IMG/VR virus record: IMGVR_UViG_3300021400_000097
Source: a virus
Direction: 5' to 3' (one strand)
DNA length: 58,464 nt
The notes beneath the pieces are model-generated. The model was given only the letters and a program-made list of their open reading frames with translations, was not told where the DNA came from and searched no databases. Within the stretch, counting starts at the first letter, position 1, and every line of letters starts with the position of its first letter. The translations under genes were made by a program, and so were the position numbers. Shown one piece after another: positions 25,887-35,301 of the stretch.

Positions 25887-27239
25887 TCACCCACGGCACA
25901 AGCGGAACCCAATAGTCGCATACGCATTCGAGGAACGAGCATTCGCATACAGAGAACCGAAACCAGCAGACGCACCATCAAGCGCAACCGCAGACAGGAG
26001 GGCACCATACCACCCAGAGGGTGATGGGTACCAGTAGTAGTCACATACGCCCTCATTGGCAGCTCCACCAACCTTATCAATGAATGAGTAGCCCTTATGG
26101 TTGTGAGACATTGTAAGTCCATAGCCAGATGCCAGAGGCAGCTCAGATGCCAGCTCATAGCCAGCTGGAACGGTTGTAGCACTGTCAGAGTGAGAGGTGA
26201 ACTTAGTAGGATCCTCACATACGTAAGCCTCAGAAACACCCTCCTTATGCCAGATCAGTACATCGTCTGCCAGCATCGTGAGATATTCAAAAGGCACCTC
26301 CAAACCACGGTAAGATGTAACCTGGATGGTCTTATCATTACCAGAGTTTGCCCAGTTCTTGATCACGTAGGAAACCTTACCAGTGTTGTTACCCAGTGTG
26401 GCAGTAACACCACATGGAACGAAAGGATTGTAGCCGTTGTGGGTGTTCCACTCACCACCATTCACAGAACATCCGCTACCCAGGCCTCCCTGGTGGAAAC
26501 CGTCAGCTGTCAGTGTTGTGGTGTATGTGTCCTGGCAGTCCATAGAGGCATATTCAACCCTCTGGAGCCATGCAATTTCATTGTACACCCTGTAAGCTCC
26601 ATGATGGATGCCGTTGCCAGCAGCGTTGCACCATCCACGCACGGTATTCTTATTGACAGATGTACGTGCCATACCTACAAAGCTCCTGTAGGTACCATCG
26701 TAAGATGCAGATCCGTTACCACCCCTGAATCTGGCAGCATTCTCTGTAAAGACAGGCAAACCGTTTGCATCCCTGGCAATTTCGTTGCCATTCCAGGTAA
26801 GCCAGCAGCCACAGACAGGCTTTTTCAGCTGATCATCGTAGGTACCAAAGGTGAAAGAGATTGCCTTACGCTCCATCTTGATAAAGCCAGGCAGCGGATA
26901 TTCAGAGTAAGCCCTGAGCCACTTAGTACCCTCAAATTCCATACGGAAATAGTACTCAGGCTTTTCAAGCATTACGTTACCATCGGTACTGTCAATGATG
27001 GCAGCAGCACCAGAATCCCTTTTACGGCTGTCATTCTGTCCGAGGTAGTACTTAACGGATCCATCCTCATTCTCGACAAAGCGTCTGAGCTTTTGCTGGA
27101 TGGGTAAGGTACGGTGCAGATCCAGATTGCCAACCCTGGTAAGGTGACGATCCCTGCTTGTAAAATCACCCTGTACGCCATACCACATATCGTAAGGGTA
27201 TTGTGGCTTAGATGAGCCACTTCCTAAAAGCATTCCCAT
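25887..27239 (-). CDS. DGR target protein 1 (tail-module, receptor-binding candidate) with a C-terminal variable region
   Basis: The ATG at 27239 (MGMLLGSG) lies 4 nt after the upstream stop. The track start at 27290 overlaps that gene. The C-terminus GALLSAVALDGASAGFGSLYANARSSNAYATIGFRLCRG is encoded by VR1. Confidence 0.85.
   Translation of the reverse strand: MGMLLGSGSSKPQYPYDMWYGVQGDFTSRDRHLTRVGNLDLHRTLPIQQKLRRFVENEDGSVKYYLGQNDSRKRDSGAAAIIDSTDGNVMLEKPEYYFRMEFEGTKWLRAYSEYPLPGFIKMERKAISFTFGTYDDQLKKPVCGCWLTWNGNEIARDANGLPVFTENAARFRGGNGSASYDGTYRSFVGMARTSVNKNTVRGWCNAAGNGIHHGAYRVYNEIAWLQRVEYASMDCQDTYTTTLTADGFHQGGLGSGCSVNGGEWNTHNGYNPFVPCGVTATLGNNTGKVSYVIKNWANSGNDKTIQVTSYRGLEVPFEYLTMLADDVLIWHKEGVSEAYVCEDPTKFTSHSDSATTVPAGYELASELPLASGYGLTMSHNHKGYSFIDKVGGAANEGVCDYYWYPSPSGWYGALLSAVALDGASAGFGSLYANARSSNAYATIGFRLCRG
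25890..26006 (-). repeat. DGR variable region 1 (VR1)
   Basis: The core 25901-26006 compared with TR 25673-25778 (106 bp) has 13 mismatches, all at TR adenines on the coding strand. It ends at the stop codon of the target gene. Confidence 0.9.
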
Positions 27240-27243
27240 AGCT

Positions 27244-27537
27244 TTACTGTTTAATTGATTCACCAGCTCCCCAGTAAACATCGTAGTCACTCAGCGATAT
27301 AGCGTCTGGGGAAATTTCCACTATAGCAGCTGGTGTCCAGTCACCTACAGGCACTGGAAAATCACTGGCCTCTTTGTCACAGAGACACTTACACTGAATG
27401 ATAGTGTTCTGTTCCATTGAGGGCTTTTTAGGCCTCACGAAAACAGAGAAAGGAACTCCTCCGTTCAGTTTGAAACCATTTGTGAGTTCTGTTATTTGTC
27501 CTTTGGATAGGATCCTCAGGCTGTACATTTCGTTCAT
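27244..27537 (-). CDS. Hypothetical protein (97 aa)
   Basis: ATG-started ORF. First gene after the promoter at 27567. Confidence 0.5.
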   Translation of the reverse strand: MNEMYSLRILSKGQITELTNGFKLNGGVPFSVFVRPKKPSMEQNTIIQCKCLCDKEASDFPVPVGDWTPAAIVEISPDAISLSDYDVYWGAGESIKQ

Positions 27538-27566
27538 ATAGCTTGATTGAATTAAGAAAACTACTG

Positions 27567-27597
27567 CAAAAATAATAAAATGTGTTCAATAAACACA
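27567..27597 (-). promoter_or_regulatory. Promoter (TTTTATTATTTTTGCA with -7 box TAttTTTG) plus perfect palindrome TGTGTT-N5-AACACA (27581-27597)
   Basis: Minus strand reads TGTGTTtattgAACACAttttatTATTTTTGcag. It lies upstream of the DGR target operon. Confidence 0.55.
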
Positions 27598-27735
27598 CCT
27601 TTAAGGCGTTATTTTTAATGAAATTATGATATTTTGCCCTATTTCACCTCCACATATCTTACTTTTTCATCCTTAACACCTCCTTTCTGGAGGTAAACAG
27701 ATGGATCCAGCCAACCCACCTGTTTACCTGGTTAA

Positions 27736-28218
27736 TTATTCTGATTTCTCTGTAAGCCTCTTTAGAGCAACCTCCAGGCTGTTGATTTTATCCCTGATGG
27801 ACTGCCTGGATGTATGGAGATCCTGGGCATTGTAAGGCATAGCCTCACCGATCAGGAAAGCCTCATAGCATTTGATCACTTTGTAATCTGTATTATCAAG
27901 CTCCTCTTTGAGTGCCTTGATCTGGTTTTTGTAATAAGCCAGATTCTGGATCTTCTCATAGGTATAGCCTATGTGATCATCGTACTCCACAGCAACAATC
28001 CTGATAGCATAGCCAGGATCACACTCCAGCTTGCTCTCATCAATCATATCAACTGGTTTCCATCCTGATTTAGTGAGCTCCTGGATCTGTTCATCCACAG
28101 TGATTATCCTCTCCTGGATGGTAGGCTTATCATCCTTAACCACCTGGATCCTTTCCGTGCGCTGGACTATCTCCTGTGTCCTGAGCACACCATCCTCAAT
28201 AATTCCGTACCAAACCAT
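27736..28218 (-). CDS. Hypothetical protein (160 aa), downstream of the tail-fibre gene
   Basis: ATG start 3 nt after the stop of the 1970-aa gene. Confidence 0.55.
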   Translation of the reverse strand: MVWYGIIEDGVLRTQEIVQRTERIQVVKDDKPTIQERIITVDEQIQELTKSGWKPVDMIDESKLECDPGYAIRIVAVEYDDHIGYTYEKIQNLAYYKNQIKALKEELDNTDYKVIKCYEAFLIGEAMPYNAQDLHTSRQSIRDKINSLEVALKRLTEKSE

Positions 28219-28221
28219 ATC

Positions 28222-31200
28222 TTAAAATTTGAATTTGCTTACGCCCCACACCTCAGTCTTTACGCTGTTCTTATACCAGATACCGAAGTAGCAGAGCAAT
28301 GTTTCACCACAGTTTACATCATAGTAGGAGTTTTCCGAATCATCATCATATATATGCTGGCCTGATTGCGGATATACCCTCATGGTACCCTGTCCCATTT
28401 GGTGGAATAGGAGCACCCTGCCCTCATAGCCATCATTAGGCAGATACACACTTTTCACCTTACCGCTGTTTACCAGACCTATCACCTGGCTCACTGATTT
28501 GGATATGTAACAATCTGATGATGTAGAGCTGTCAGTTATGTAGCGTGTATTAAGGATATTGCCACATGATTTGAGGTTATCAAAGAAACCTCCATAGGCT
28601 GGAGCCGTTCCCCTGTTGCTTGCAACACCATAGAAACCAGCGATCATTTCCTCATCCACGCCAAAGCTCCAGCTACTCTTATTGAGATTTCCGAATCCCA
28701 GAGCCACGATTGCAGCCTTTCTGGTGTAGCCTGTAATTGCCGAAACAGCCTGTGTTCCTGCCAGGTTAGCAAATATGCCTGTTGGTGACATATAGGAAAG
28801 GCCTGTAGAATAGCTTGGAGGATTCTTTGCCTCCACCCTTACTATTCCGCTGTTAGCATTCAGCTCGATCTTGGATCCCAGGTTTTGATCCTCAGAGTAT
28901 TCTCCACCGCTTACAGAGCTCTCCATGTAGATCCTTGGCACGCTTGCATCCAGCTCGATCTTGTTTCCTGTTCCCAGTGTAGAAACGATCTTACCACCAC
29001 TATGCCACCAGCTACCGATACTTGCACCCTCAGCCAGGAGTAGGTTAGTGGCTATGCTTTCAAACTGGGCACCAAACGGATTCCACTTTGATGTATCAGT
29101 AGGCACGGTATTGAATGTTCCAGCATCAACACGTGCAATGTAGTAAACACCGTTATACTTGACAGCATCCACCCTGTGACTGGTACCATAGTAGGTAACG
29201 CTGTTAGAGGCATTGTAGTTACCACGGAACACCAGTACTGGGCTCTTTCCATCAACGCCATCCTTACCATCTTTACCATCCCTGGAGGTTGCAAAGACAC
29301 CATCAGCAACATAGGTGATAACCTCTGCTGGAGGTGTGCTGCTCTCATCGTTCTTTTGCATCATCAGAGCGTAACCAGCTGGCAGTCCCTTAACGCCAAT
29401 GAAAGCAAATGGGAATCTGCCTTTTTCGGTATTCTGCACTCCAGCACATCCGAACTGTGCCAGGGCATCTACCAGGGTGTCATTCCAGCCTACAGCATCA
29501 TAGCTGACAATACAAACGAATACTGTAGCATTCAGTCCGTTCAGATAGGTTGCCATATTGTTTATAGCATCATCTGAGCCATAGGTATCAAAGTTCCTGG
29601 TTTCAACAAGCTCCATCGTGTACCTCTCAATAGTGAATACCGTAAGGCCTCTGCTCCTGCTGTACACAGTACGCTCAGACACACCATTGAACACCTTGAT
29701 AAAAGCATCCATATTGTTATTCAATCCAGATCCCAGCACATGGATATAGGCAGCATCCTTACCTGGATTACCTGTATCACCCTTACTGCCAGTGACACAG
29801 ATAGCTGGAGTGATCTTACTGGTACCATTGGTGTATGATATAACAGATCTCGTCCAGATAAACCAGCCGTTCACCCAGCCAGGGTTATACGTGAGCCAGG
29901 ATCCATCAGAAAGCGTCTGGCTGCTGGATGATCTGTAGTACTGTTCAACTATAGAGCTTACACCCACGCCATTGTTTCCCTGTGTACCTGTGATACAGGC
30001 TGGCTTTGTTGTGGTTTCCTCACCATTGGAATATGTTACCTTAGTACGGCTCCAGATATACTTTCCATTCTCCCAGGTCGGTGCATCAGTGCTCCATCCA
30101 CTGGTAGGAGCCTCAGAGTTAGATGAGCTCTTAGCATACTCCACATCCACATCAGACACACTGATAGCCACGCCATCCTTACCATCGTATGGATTGATAC
30201 GGAAAGGAGTGCTCCAGGGCTGGAGGATCTGATCAATGGAGCCTGTGAGGACTGCAACAATATCGGACTGAGCCAGGGCACCTTTCAGGATCCTCACACC
30301 ACGGATCAGGGTTGTGGATCCAAACAGGTTATCATCATAGACAGAGAAACCTACCAGCCTTTCACTCACCACGGATATATCCGACTGTTCGCCATTGATA
30401 AACAGCGTACACGTTGTATCATTGAAACGGAAAGCCAGGTGATACCAGGTGTTGGCATTGAGGTTTAGCGTTTTCTCCACATAGTCAGCACCATTGTAGC
30501 CACAGATGATCCACTTTACAGGTGTGGTGGTTACTTTCATAAACAGGCACAGCGTAAAGCTCTCACCAAAAGGCAGATCGTAAGGGATCCTACTGTCATT
30601 CTGACCTGTCATTTGCAAGGCATCGTGATCACCGTCTGTTACTATCGTATTGCTACCGATATAGCCGTCATAGTGATTACCTGAAAAATCGTGCAAACCA
30701 TCCACGTTAGATACAGGAATATCCACCCTGGTACGATCTACCAGAGCTGATTTCCTACACATGGTACACCATAGGTATTCCAGGGCACCCACCTCAGGCA
30801 TGGTCTTAGTCCATCCGTTAGGATCAGGATCATTGGGATTCAGTTCTGGAGGTGCTACAGTGGAGCCATTCTTAGCATATCGGTATTCGTAATAGTCACC
30901 AGCAGCAGAATCAGCTCCAGCAGCTCCAGCAGTACCAGTGAGCCTACTCCACTTATACATGGTAGGATCACTGCTATCCATTTCCTCAAAGTCTGTGTAC
31001 TGACCTATGTAAGCTCCAGGATCCTCACCGTTATTGCCAGTGAAAGACAAACCGCCATTATTGGAGTATTTCAGGTGCAGATAGGTAGTCCTACCATCCT
31101 CACCATCTACTCCTGGTATTCCTTGCTCTCCCTGGGCATCCCTCCAGCTGTAATCCGCTGGATTATCGGAATCGGTAACTGACTGATCCACGTACATACC

Positions 31201-34134
31201 GATCCACCTACCAGGCACCTCTCCCTGACCATCAGTGAAATGCTGTCCTCCATCATTGGAGTATTTCAGGTGGAGATATGAGCTGGTACCAGGATCACCC
31301 TTGATCTTTCCATTGTTGATCCAGGTAAGCCCATCCCATACATACAGATAGCCATTCACGAAATAGCAATCACCAGGTGAATTTCCTGTAGTAGGCAGAT
31401 CTGCCACACTGTTCTTAGAGCCCTTAGGCACAATACTGGTACCATCAGCACCCTTTACCTTGAAAGGAGTGCCCCAGGATCCCTCACTGATCACCTTTGC
31501 GCTCTTGATACTCATCCACACTACAGCGTCTGTGCTGTTGGTGTGCCAGCCTCCAGTGTTACCTGAGCCTGTAGGCACAGCAGGCTTTTCCAGGCTGTCA
31601 TTGAACGTATAGAATATAGAGTTACCAGTTTCACCAGCAGCACCCCTGGCTAATATCTCCCAGTATGTGCTGTTAGTAGGCAGATGTCCCTTGCTTGGAT
31701 TAGGATTCTTATACCTGTAGGTACACGTCTGGCCTCCATCGGTATAGCTCACCTCATCACCCTTATAGTAGATGTAATCAGGATTGTACTCTCCACGGTA
31801 CACTCCGATCTCTGAGGTATCTCCAGAATCAGAGAGCAAGCGCACGTTTCTCAGCGTCAGCTGTCCCCTTGCAGTCACATTCCAGTCTATCGAGCTGTGA
31901 GCGTCACCTATCCTGAATGCGTTGCCATCCAGATCCAGGTAGCAATAACCGTCTGATGTGACGATCTTACCAGTGGTGATAGTGTTTCCGTTGATCCTGG
32001 TAAAGCCATAGGTGGTTACGAAATCACGGAAAGCATCATCCTGGTAGCAGCTACCCAGCACACCCACCTGGAAATAGTAGTTATTAGGATCGCTTGTTTC
32101 CTCTACTTTCAGTTGCTCCTGGGTAAGGTACCACGTACCGTTATTGCCACTCTTTGAGCATTTGGCAAACAGGTAGTAGCCTCCACTCTCTGCCATGGTG
32201 AAATCCTGGGCTGATATATTCCAGTTCCTTACTCCCACCTCCTGGATCGTAAGGTGTGAGAGCACACAGCTGGAGGCAGCAAACACATTCGGATTGCCAT
32301 TCTTGTTTGCCTCCAGGATAGCACCAGTGAGGATAAACTGCTGGCTCTTTGAGCCCACAGTGAGCATATTGGTGTCAATACTGAGAGGTCTGATGTGCTC
32401 AGGATCGAAATACCCATCTGTATCATAGATCATATTCCTCAGCTCCTCAGTGGTACGCCATCCCCTTTTTGCCCTGGTAAGATCCTTAATGCCAGAGGCG
32501 TTGATGATCGTCTCATGTCTGCCTACATCTATCACAGCCTGGGTTGCAACAGCTATAGCCCATGTGTCGGAAAGGGTGATATTGTAATCCTGTCTCACCA
32601 GGAGGTTACGCTGTACGTTGGTGATCCTGATACTCTTTTCAATACCGAAACGTGTATCACGCACAGGAGCGTAGTCACCAACCTTGAATATACAGGCAGT
32701 GGCATCACTCGGAGTATTCTCCATGAAATACATCCTGTCAAACTCCAGGCTGTACTTTGCCTTAGCCTGTCTGATCTCGTTGAAATCCTGGATAGCCTCA
32801 TACCAAAGATCCTCCTCAGCAGCATCCTCATAAGCCTTAGGCAGGTGAATGTCTGTGATCTTATACTGATCTCCCACACCTATACGGAAAGCATCCGTAT
32901 CTACTGTAGGAGTTACCAGGCCTCGCTCATCCTGGAATGGAATGATGGTAAACTTACGCTCTGAGTGATTGTAGCCGTTCTTTAGCTCCAGTTCAAACTC
33001 CTGGCCTGACAGCTTACCAGAGATAAACGTGATCTTAGCAGAAACACCAGCGATCAGGTACTTAGTGTTTCCACTGCCATCTGTCTCTGCCAGGTCAAAA
33101 TCCATTGTGCTATCAATGAAAGAGTTTACATCCAGCACTTGCTGGCCTGTCTGTTTGTCTGTCTTATATGCCAGGGCTGTCACCTCACCTGTACGCTTTG
33201 GGTAGATGTCATCGTAAGAGTTGGCATCCTCATCCGTTCCCAGCTTTGCAGCCAGTTCAGCATCCTCCAGATACCTCTTTGTATCATCGTCAATACCGAT
33301 CATTTCAGTACCAGCCTCTACCACCGTTCCATCCCTCAGGGTGTGGGCATGAGCATTGAGCCTTTTAGGGTAAGGCAACTGGAGAGCTCCAGCATAGTCC
33401 CTATACTCACTCCTGATATTCTTAATGCCACCCTCTACCCATAGCCTGGTCTTGATGGTCTTATCATCCACCTTTTCCTCTTTCAGTGTGTACACGCCAT
33501 TGCCTTTGCCCCACTCAAAGAAATCACCACCACCTGGAGGATTCACTAATGCACCAAACTTACCGATATGGATTGTGCGCACACCATTATCCTGTGTGAT
33601 CTGGAAATCCAGATTGAAATTTTCCTTGCTACAGAGATCCTGGAGCGTTTTCAGGCAGTTCTGCCTGTTGAACGATATAGTCTTTGCCTCAGTGTCTGGG
33701 CAATTAGCAACATCGAATTGCCAGATACCATGATAATCCCTCTCCAGGTTGTATATGAGCACCCTCATAAAGTCTTTCATGGTGTATGTGAGAGTAAAAA
33801 CGCTTTTGTCACTCCTACCGTTTACATCGGTATTCCTGTAGAGCGTTTTCATCAGCTCATAGATCACACCATAGAATACAGGCTTATAGTTATAGTGGTT
33901 ATCAGATACTTTCTCCCTGTTTACAGTTGTACGGATGCTGTACTCATACCCATCAACAATGATCTTATCACCCTTATCAAAGGTGATAAGCTCAGAGCTG
34001 ACAATATCCAGGGTGACAGTATCATCACCCATCAGAGAGACGCTTTGCTGTGCTGACTTGACAGTGCAAAACGGCTCCTGTGAAAACAGAGGGATGGTTT
34101 CACCGTTCCTTTTGATTAGTGTAAGTTCTCCCAT
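28222..34134 (-). CDS. Giant tail fibre / host-specificity protein (1970 aa), multi-domain
   Basis: Position after the Dit gene. Collagen-like GxY runs (GEQGIPGVDGEDG, DGKDGKDGVDGKSP), repeated YLHLKYSN(D/N)GG modules, a LamG-like region (about 30250-30700) and an ILEI/FAM3-like region (about 29385-29760). Confidence 0.8.
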   Translation of the reverse strand: MGELTLIKRNGETIPLFSQEPFCTVKSAQQSVSLMGDDTVTLDIVSSELITFDKGDKIIVDGYEYSIRTTVNREKVSDNHYNYKPVFYGVIYELMKTLYRNTDVNGRSDKSVFTLTYTMKDFMRVLIYNLERDYHGIWQFDVANCPDTEAKTISFNRQNCLKTLQDLCSKENFNLDFQITQDNGVRTIHIGKFGALVNPPGGGDFFEWGKGNGVYTLKEEKVDDKTIKTRLWVEGGIKNIRSEYRDYAGALQLPYPKRLNAHAHTLRDGTVVEAGTEMIGIDDDTKRYLEDAELAAKLGTDEDANSYDDIYPKRTGEVTALAYKTDKQTGQQVLDVNSFIDSTMDFDLAETDGSGNTKYLIAGVSAKITFISGKLSGQEFELELKNGYNHSERKFTIIPFQDERGLVTPTVDTDAFRIGVGDQYKITDIHLPKAYEDAAEEDLWYEAIQDFNEIRQAKAKYSLEFDRMYFMENTPSDATACIFKVGDYAPVRDTRFGIEKSIRITNVQRNLLVRQDYNITLSDTWAIAVATQAVIDVGRHETIINASGIKDLTRAKRGWRTTEELRNMIYDTDGYFDPEHIRPLSIDTNMLTVGSKSQQFILTGAILEANKNGNPNVFAASSCVLSHLTIQEVGVRNWNISAQDFTMAESGGYYLFAKCSKSGNNGTWYLTQEQLKVEETSDPNNYYFQVGVLGSCYQDDAFRDFVTTYGFTRINGNTITTGKIVTSDGYCYLDLDGNAFRIGDAHSSIDWNVTARGQLTLRNVRLLSDSGDTSEIGVYRGEYNPDYIYYKGDEVSYTDGGQTCTYRYKNPNPSKGHLPTNSTYWEILARGAAGETGNSIFYTFNDSLEKPAVPTGSGNTGGWHTNSTDAVVWMSIKSAKVISEGSWGTPFKVKGADGTSIVPKGSKNSVADLPTTGNSPGDCYFVNGYLYVWDGLTWINNGKIKGDPGTSSYLHLKYSNDGGQHFTDGQGEVPGRWIGMYVDQSVTDSDNPADYSWRDAQGEQGIPGVDGEDGRTTYLHLKYSNNGGLSFTGNNGEDPGAYIGQYTDFEEMDSSDPTMYKWSRLTGTAGAAGADSAAGDYYEYRYAKNGSTVAPPELNPNDPDPNGWTKTMPEVGALEYLWCTMCRKSALVDRTRVDIPVSNVDGLHDFSGNHYDGYIGSNTIVTDGDHDALQMTGQNDSRIPYDLPFGESFTLCLFMKVTTTPVKWIICGYNGADYVEKTLNLNANTWYHLAFRFNDTTCTLFINGEQSDISVVSERLVGFSVYDDNLFGSTTLIRGVRILKGALAQSDIVAVLTGSIDQILQPWSTPFRINPYDGKDGVAISVSDVDVEYAKSSSNSEAPTSGWSTDAPTWENGKYIWSRTKVTYSNGEETTTKPACITGTQGNNGVGVSSIVEQYYRSSSSQTLSDGSWLTYNPGWVNGWFIWTRSVISYTNGTSKITPAICVTGSKGDTGNPGKDAAYIHVLGSGLNNNMDAFIKVFNGVSERTVYSRSRGLTVFTIERYTMELVETRNFDTYGSDDAINNMATYLNGLNATVFVCIVSYDAVGWNDTLVDALAQFGCAGVQNTEKGRFPFAFIGVKGLPAGYALMMQKNDESSTPPAEVITYVADGVFATSRDGKDGKDGVDGKSPVLVFRGNYNASNSVTYYGTSHRVDAVKYNGVYYIARVDAGTFNTVPTDTSKWNPFGAQFESIATNLLLAEGASIGSWWHSGGKIVSTLGTGNKIELDASVPRIYMESSVSGGEYSEDQNLGSKIELNANSGIVRVEAKNPPSYSTGLSYMSPTGIFANLAGTQAVSAITGYTRKAAIVALGFGNLNKSSWSFGVDEEMIAGFYGVASNRGTAPAYGGFFDNLKSCGNILNTRYITDSSTSSDCYISKSVSQVIGLVNSGKVKSVYLPNDGYEGRVLLFHQMGQGTMRVYPQSGQHIYDDDSENSYYDVNCGETLLCYFGIWYKNSVKTEVWGVSKFKF

Positions 34135-35300
34135 AGCATTATCTCATTTGTCGAAAACGCCTCAATATCTTCTATTACTCCAGTGATCACGATCTCATAC
34201 TCACCCTCATCCTGGTAGGTGTGCTCAATGGTGCGGTTAGTACCAGACACGTTGAATGTGTGGGTACCATCACCCCAGTAGATGTTAAGCAGCTTGGAGC
34301 TGGTGACAGTGATAGAGCTGCCAGATCCAGCATTACCCACGTGTTTCAGGATGCGTTTCACTGGCTCATCCTCCACCAGTTTCAGCCTGAACGTGCCTAC
34401 CATTGCACCAGGATTGTACCTACCCCATTTCTTCTGAGGATCGGCATCCTGGATGCAGACTACCTCATAGCAGAGAGGCTTGGAGATACCAGCGTACTCC
34501 ACTTTCAGACGGTGTGTGCCATCACCGTCTAAGGCTGCAAAGAACTCGTTTACCCTGGCAACATACTCATACCTACTCCTGGCCTCAATAAAGCAATCCA
34601 GCTGTATGTTACGTTCCTTGAAACGTGGTCTCTGCTTATCCCTGACAATACCGTGGTAATTCTCCCAGTCCACTGTCAAAGCCTCCTTACGTGCAAGCCT
34701 ACCAGCCAGTCCAGTGCTGCCACTGACAAACACGCCATACTCTTTCATGTTCACACCATCCAGGTAGTACTCCACATCATCAGACTGCTTGGAGATCATC
34801 AGGATCTCTGCCAGGCTCTTAGCTACATTGTAGATCCTCGCCTCATCAATCATGGCATAGCTGCCTGTGATATTAGGATCATTGACAGAGAAACCTACAG
34901 GCGTTCCTGGTAGCGTATCATCCCAGATCTCCAGCCCATCACGATAGACAGTGAAATTGCTGCCTTTCTTCACAAAAGCCATTGTGAGGGATTTACCTGG
35001 TGTAACCTGTAGCCATTGCTCCCTGTAGTTATTGACACCAGAGAAATTCAGCAACCATCCCAGGGTAGTCTCAGAGGGCACCAATACCAGGTAGATTGTG
35101 AAATCAGAGCTGAAAGGGATCACCTGAGAGGATAAAGCCTCACCAGCACCATTCAGAGAGAGAGCCTTACCAACAGGCACCTTTTCCAGTGTTGCACCGT
35201 TTGACAGCTGGGCATCTGCACGTCTGATCGAGAAATCGTAGGCTACACTGCCATCTGGATCATTGAAAGGTAGCCAGAGTATCAAATTTTTGTCTATCAT
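34116..35300 (-). CDS. Distal tail protein (Dit) with an N-terminal LamG-like domain and a C-terminal PKD-like domain
   Basis: ATG at 35300 (MIDKNLILWLPFNDPDGS). The middle part resembles siphovirus Dit. The C-terminus IYWGDGTHTFNVSGTNRTIEHTYQDEGEYEIVITG is PKD-like. Confidence 0.65.
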   Translation of the reverse strand: MIDKNLILWLPFNDPDGSVAYDFSIRRADAQLSNGATLEKVPVGKALSLNGAGEALSSQVIPFSSDFTIYLVLVPSETTLGWLLNFSGVNNYREQWLQVTPGKSLTMAFVKKGSNFTVYRDGLEIWDDTLPGTPVGFSVNDPNITGSYAMIDEARIYNVAKSLAEILMISKQSDDVEYYLDGVNMKEYGVFVSGSTGLAGRLARKEALTVDWENYHGIVRDKQRPRFKERNIQLDCFIEARSRYEYVARVNEFFAALDGDGTHRLKVEYAGISKPLCYEVVCIQDADPQKKWGRYNPGAMVGTFRLKLVEDEPVKRILKHVGNAGSGSSITVTSSKLLNIYWGDGTHTFNVSGTNRTIEHTYQDEGEYEIVITGVIEDIEAFSTNEIMLWENLH

Positions 35301-35301
35301 A

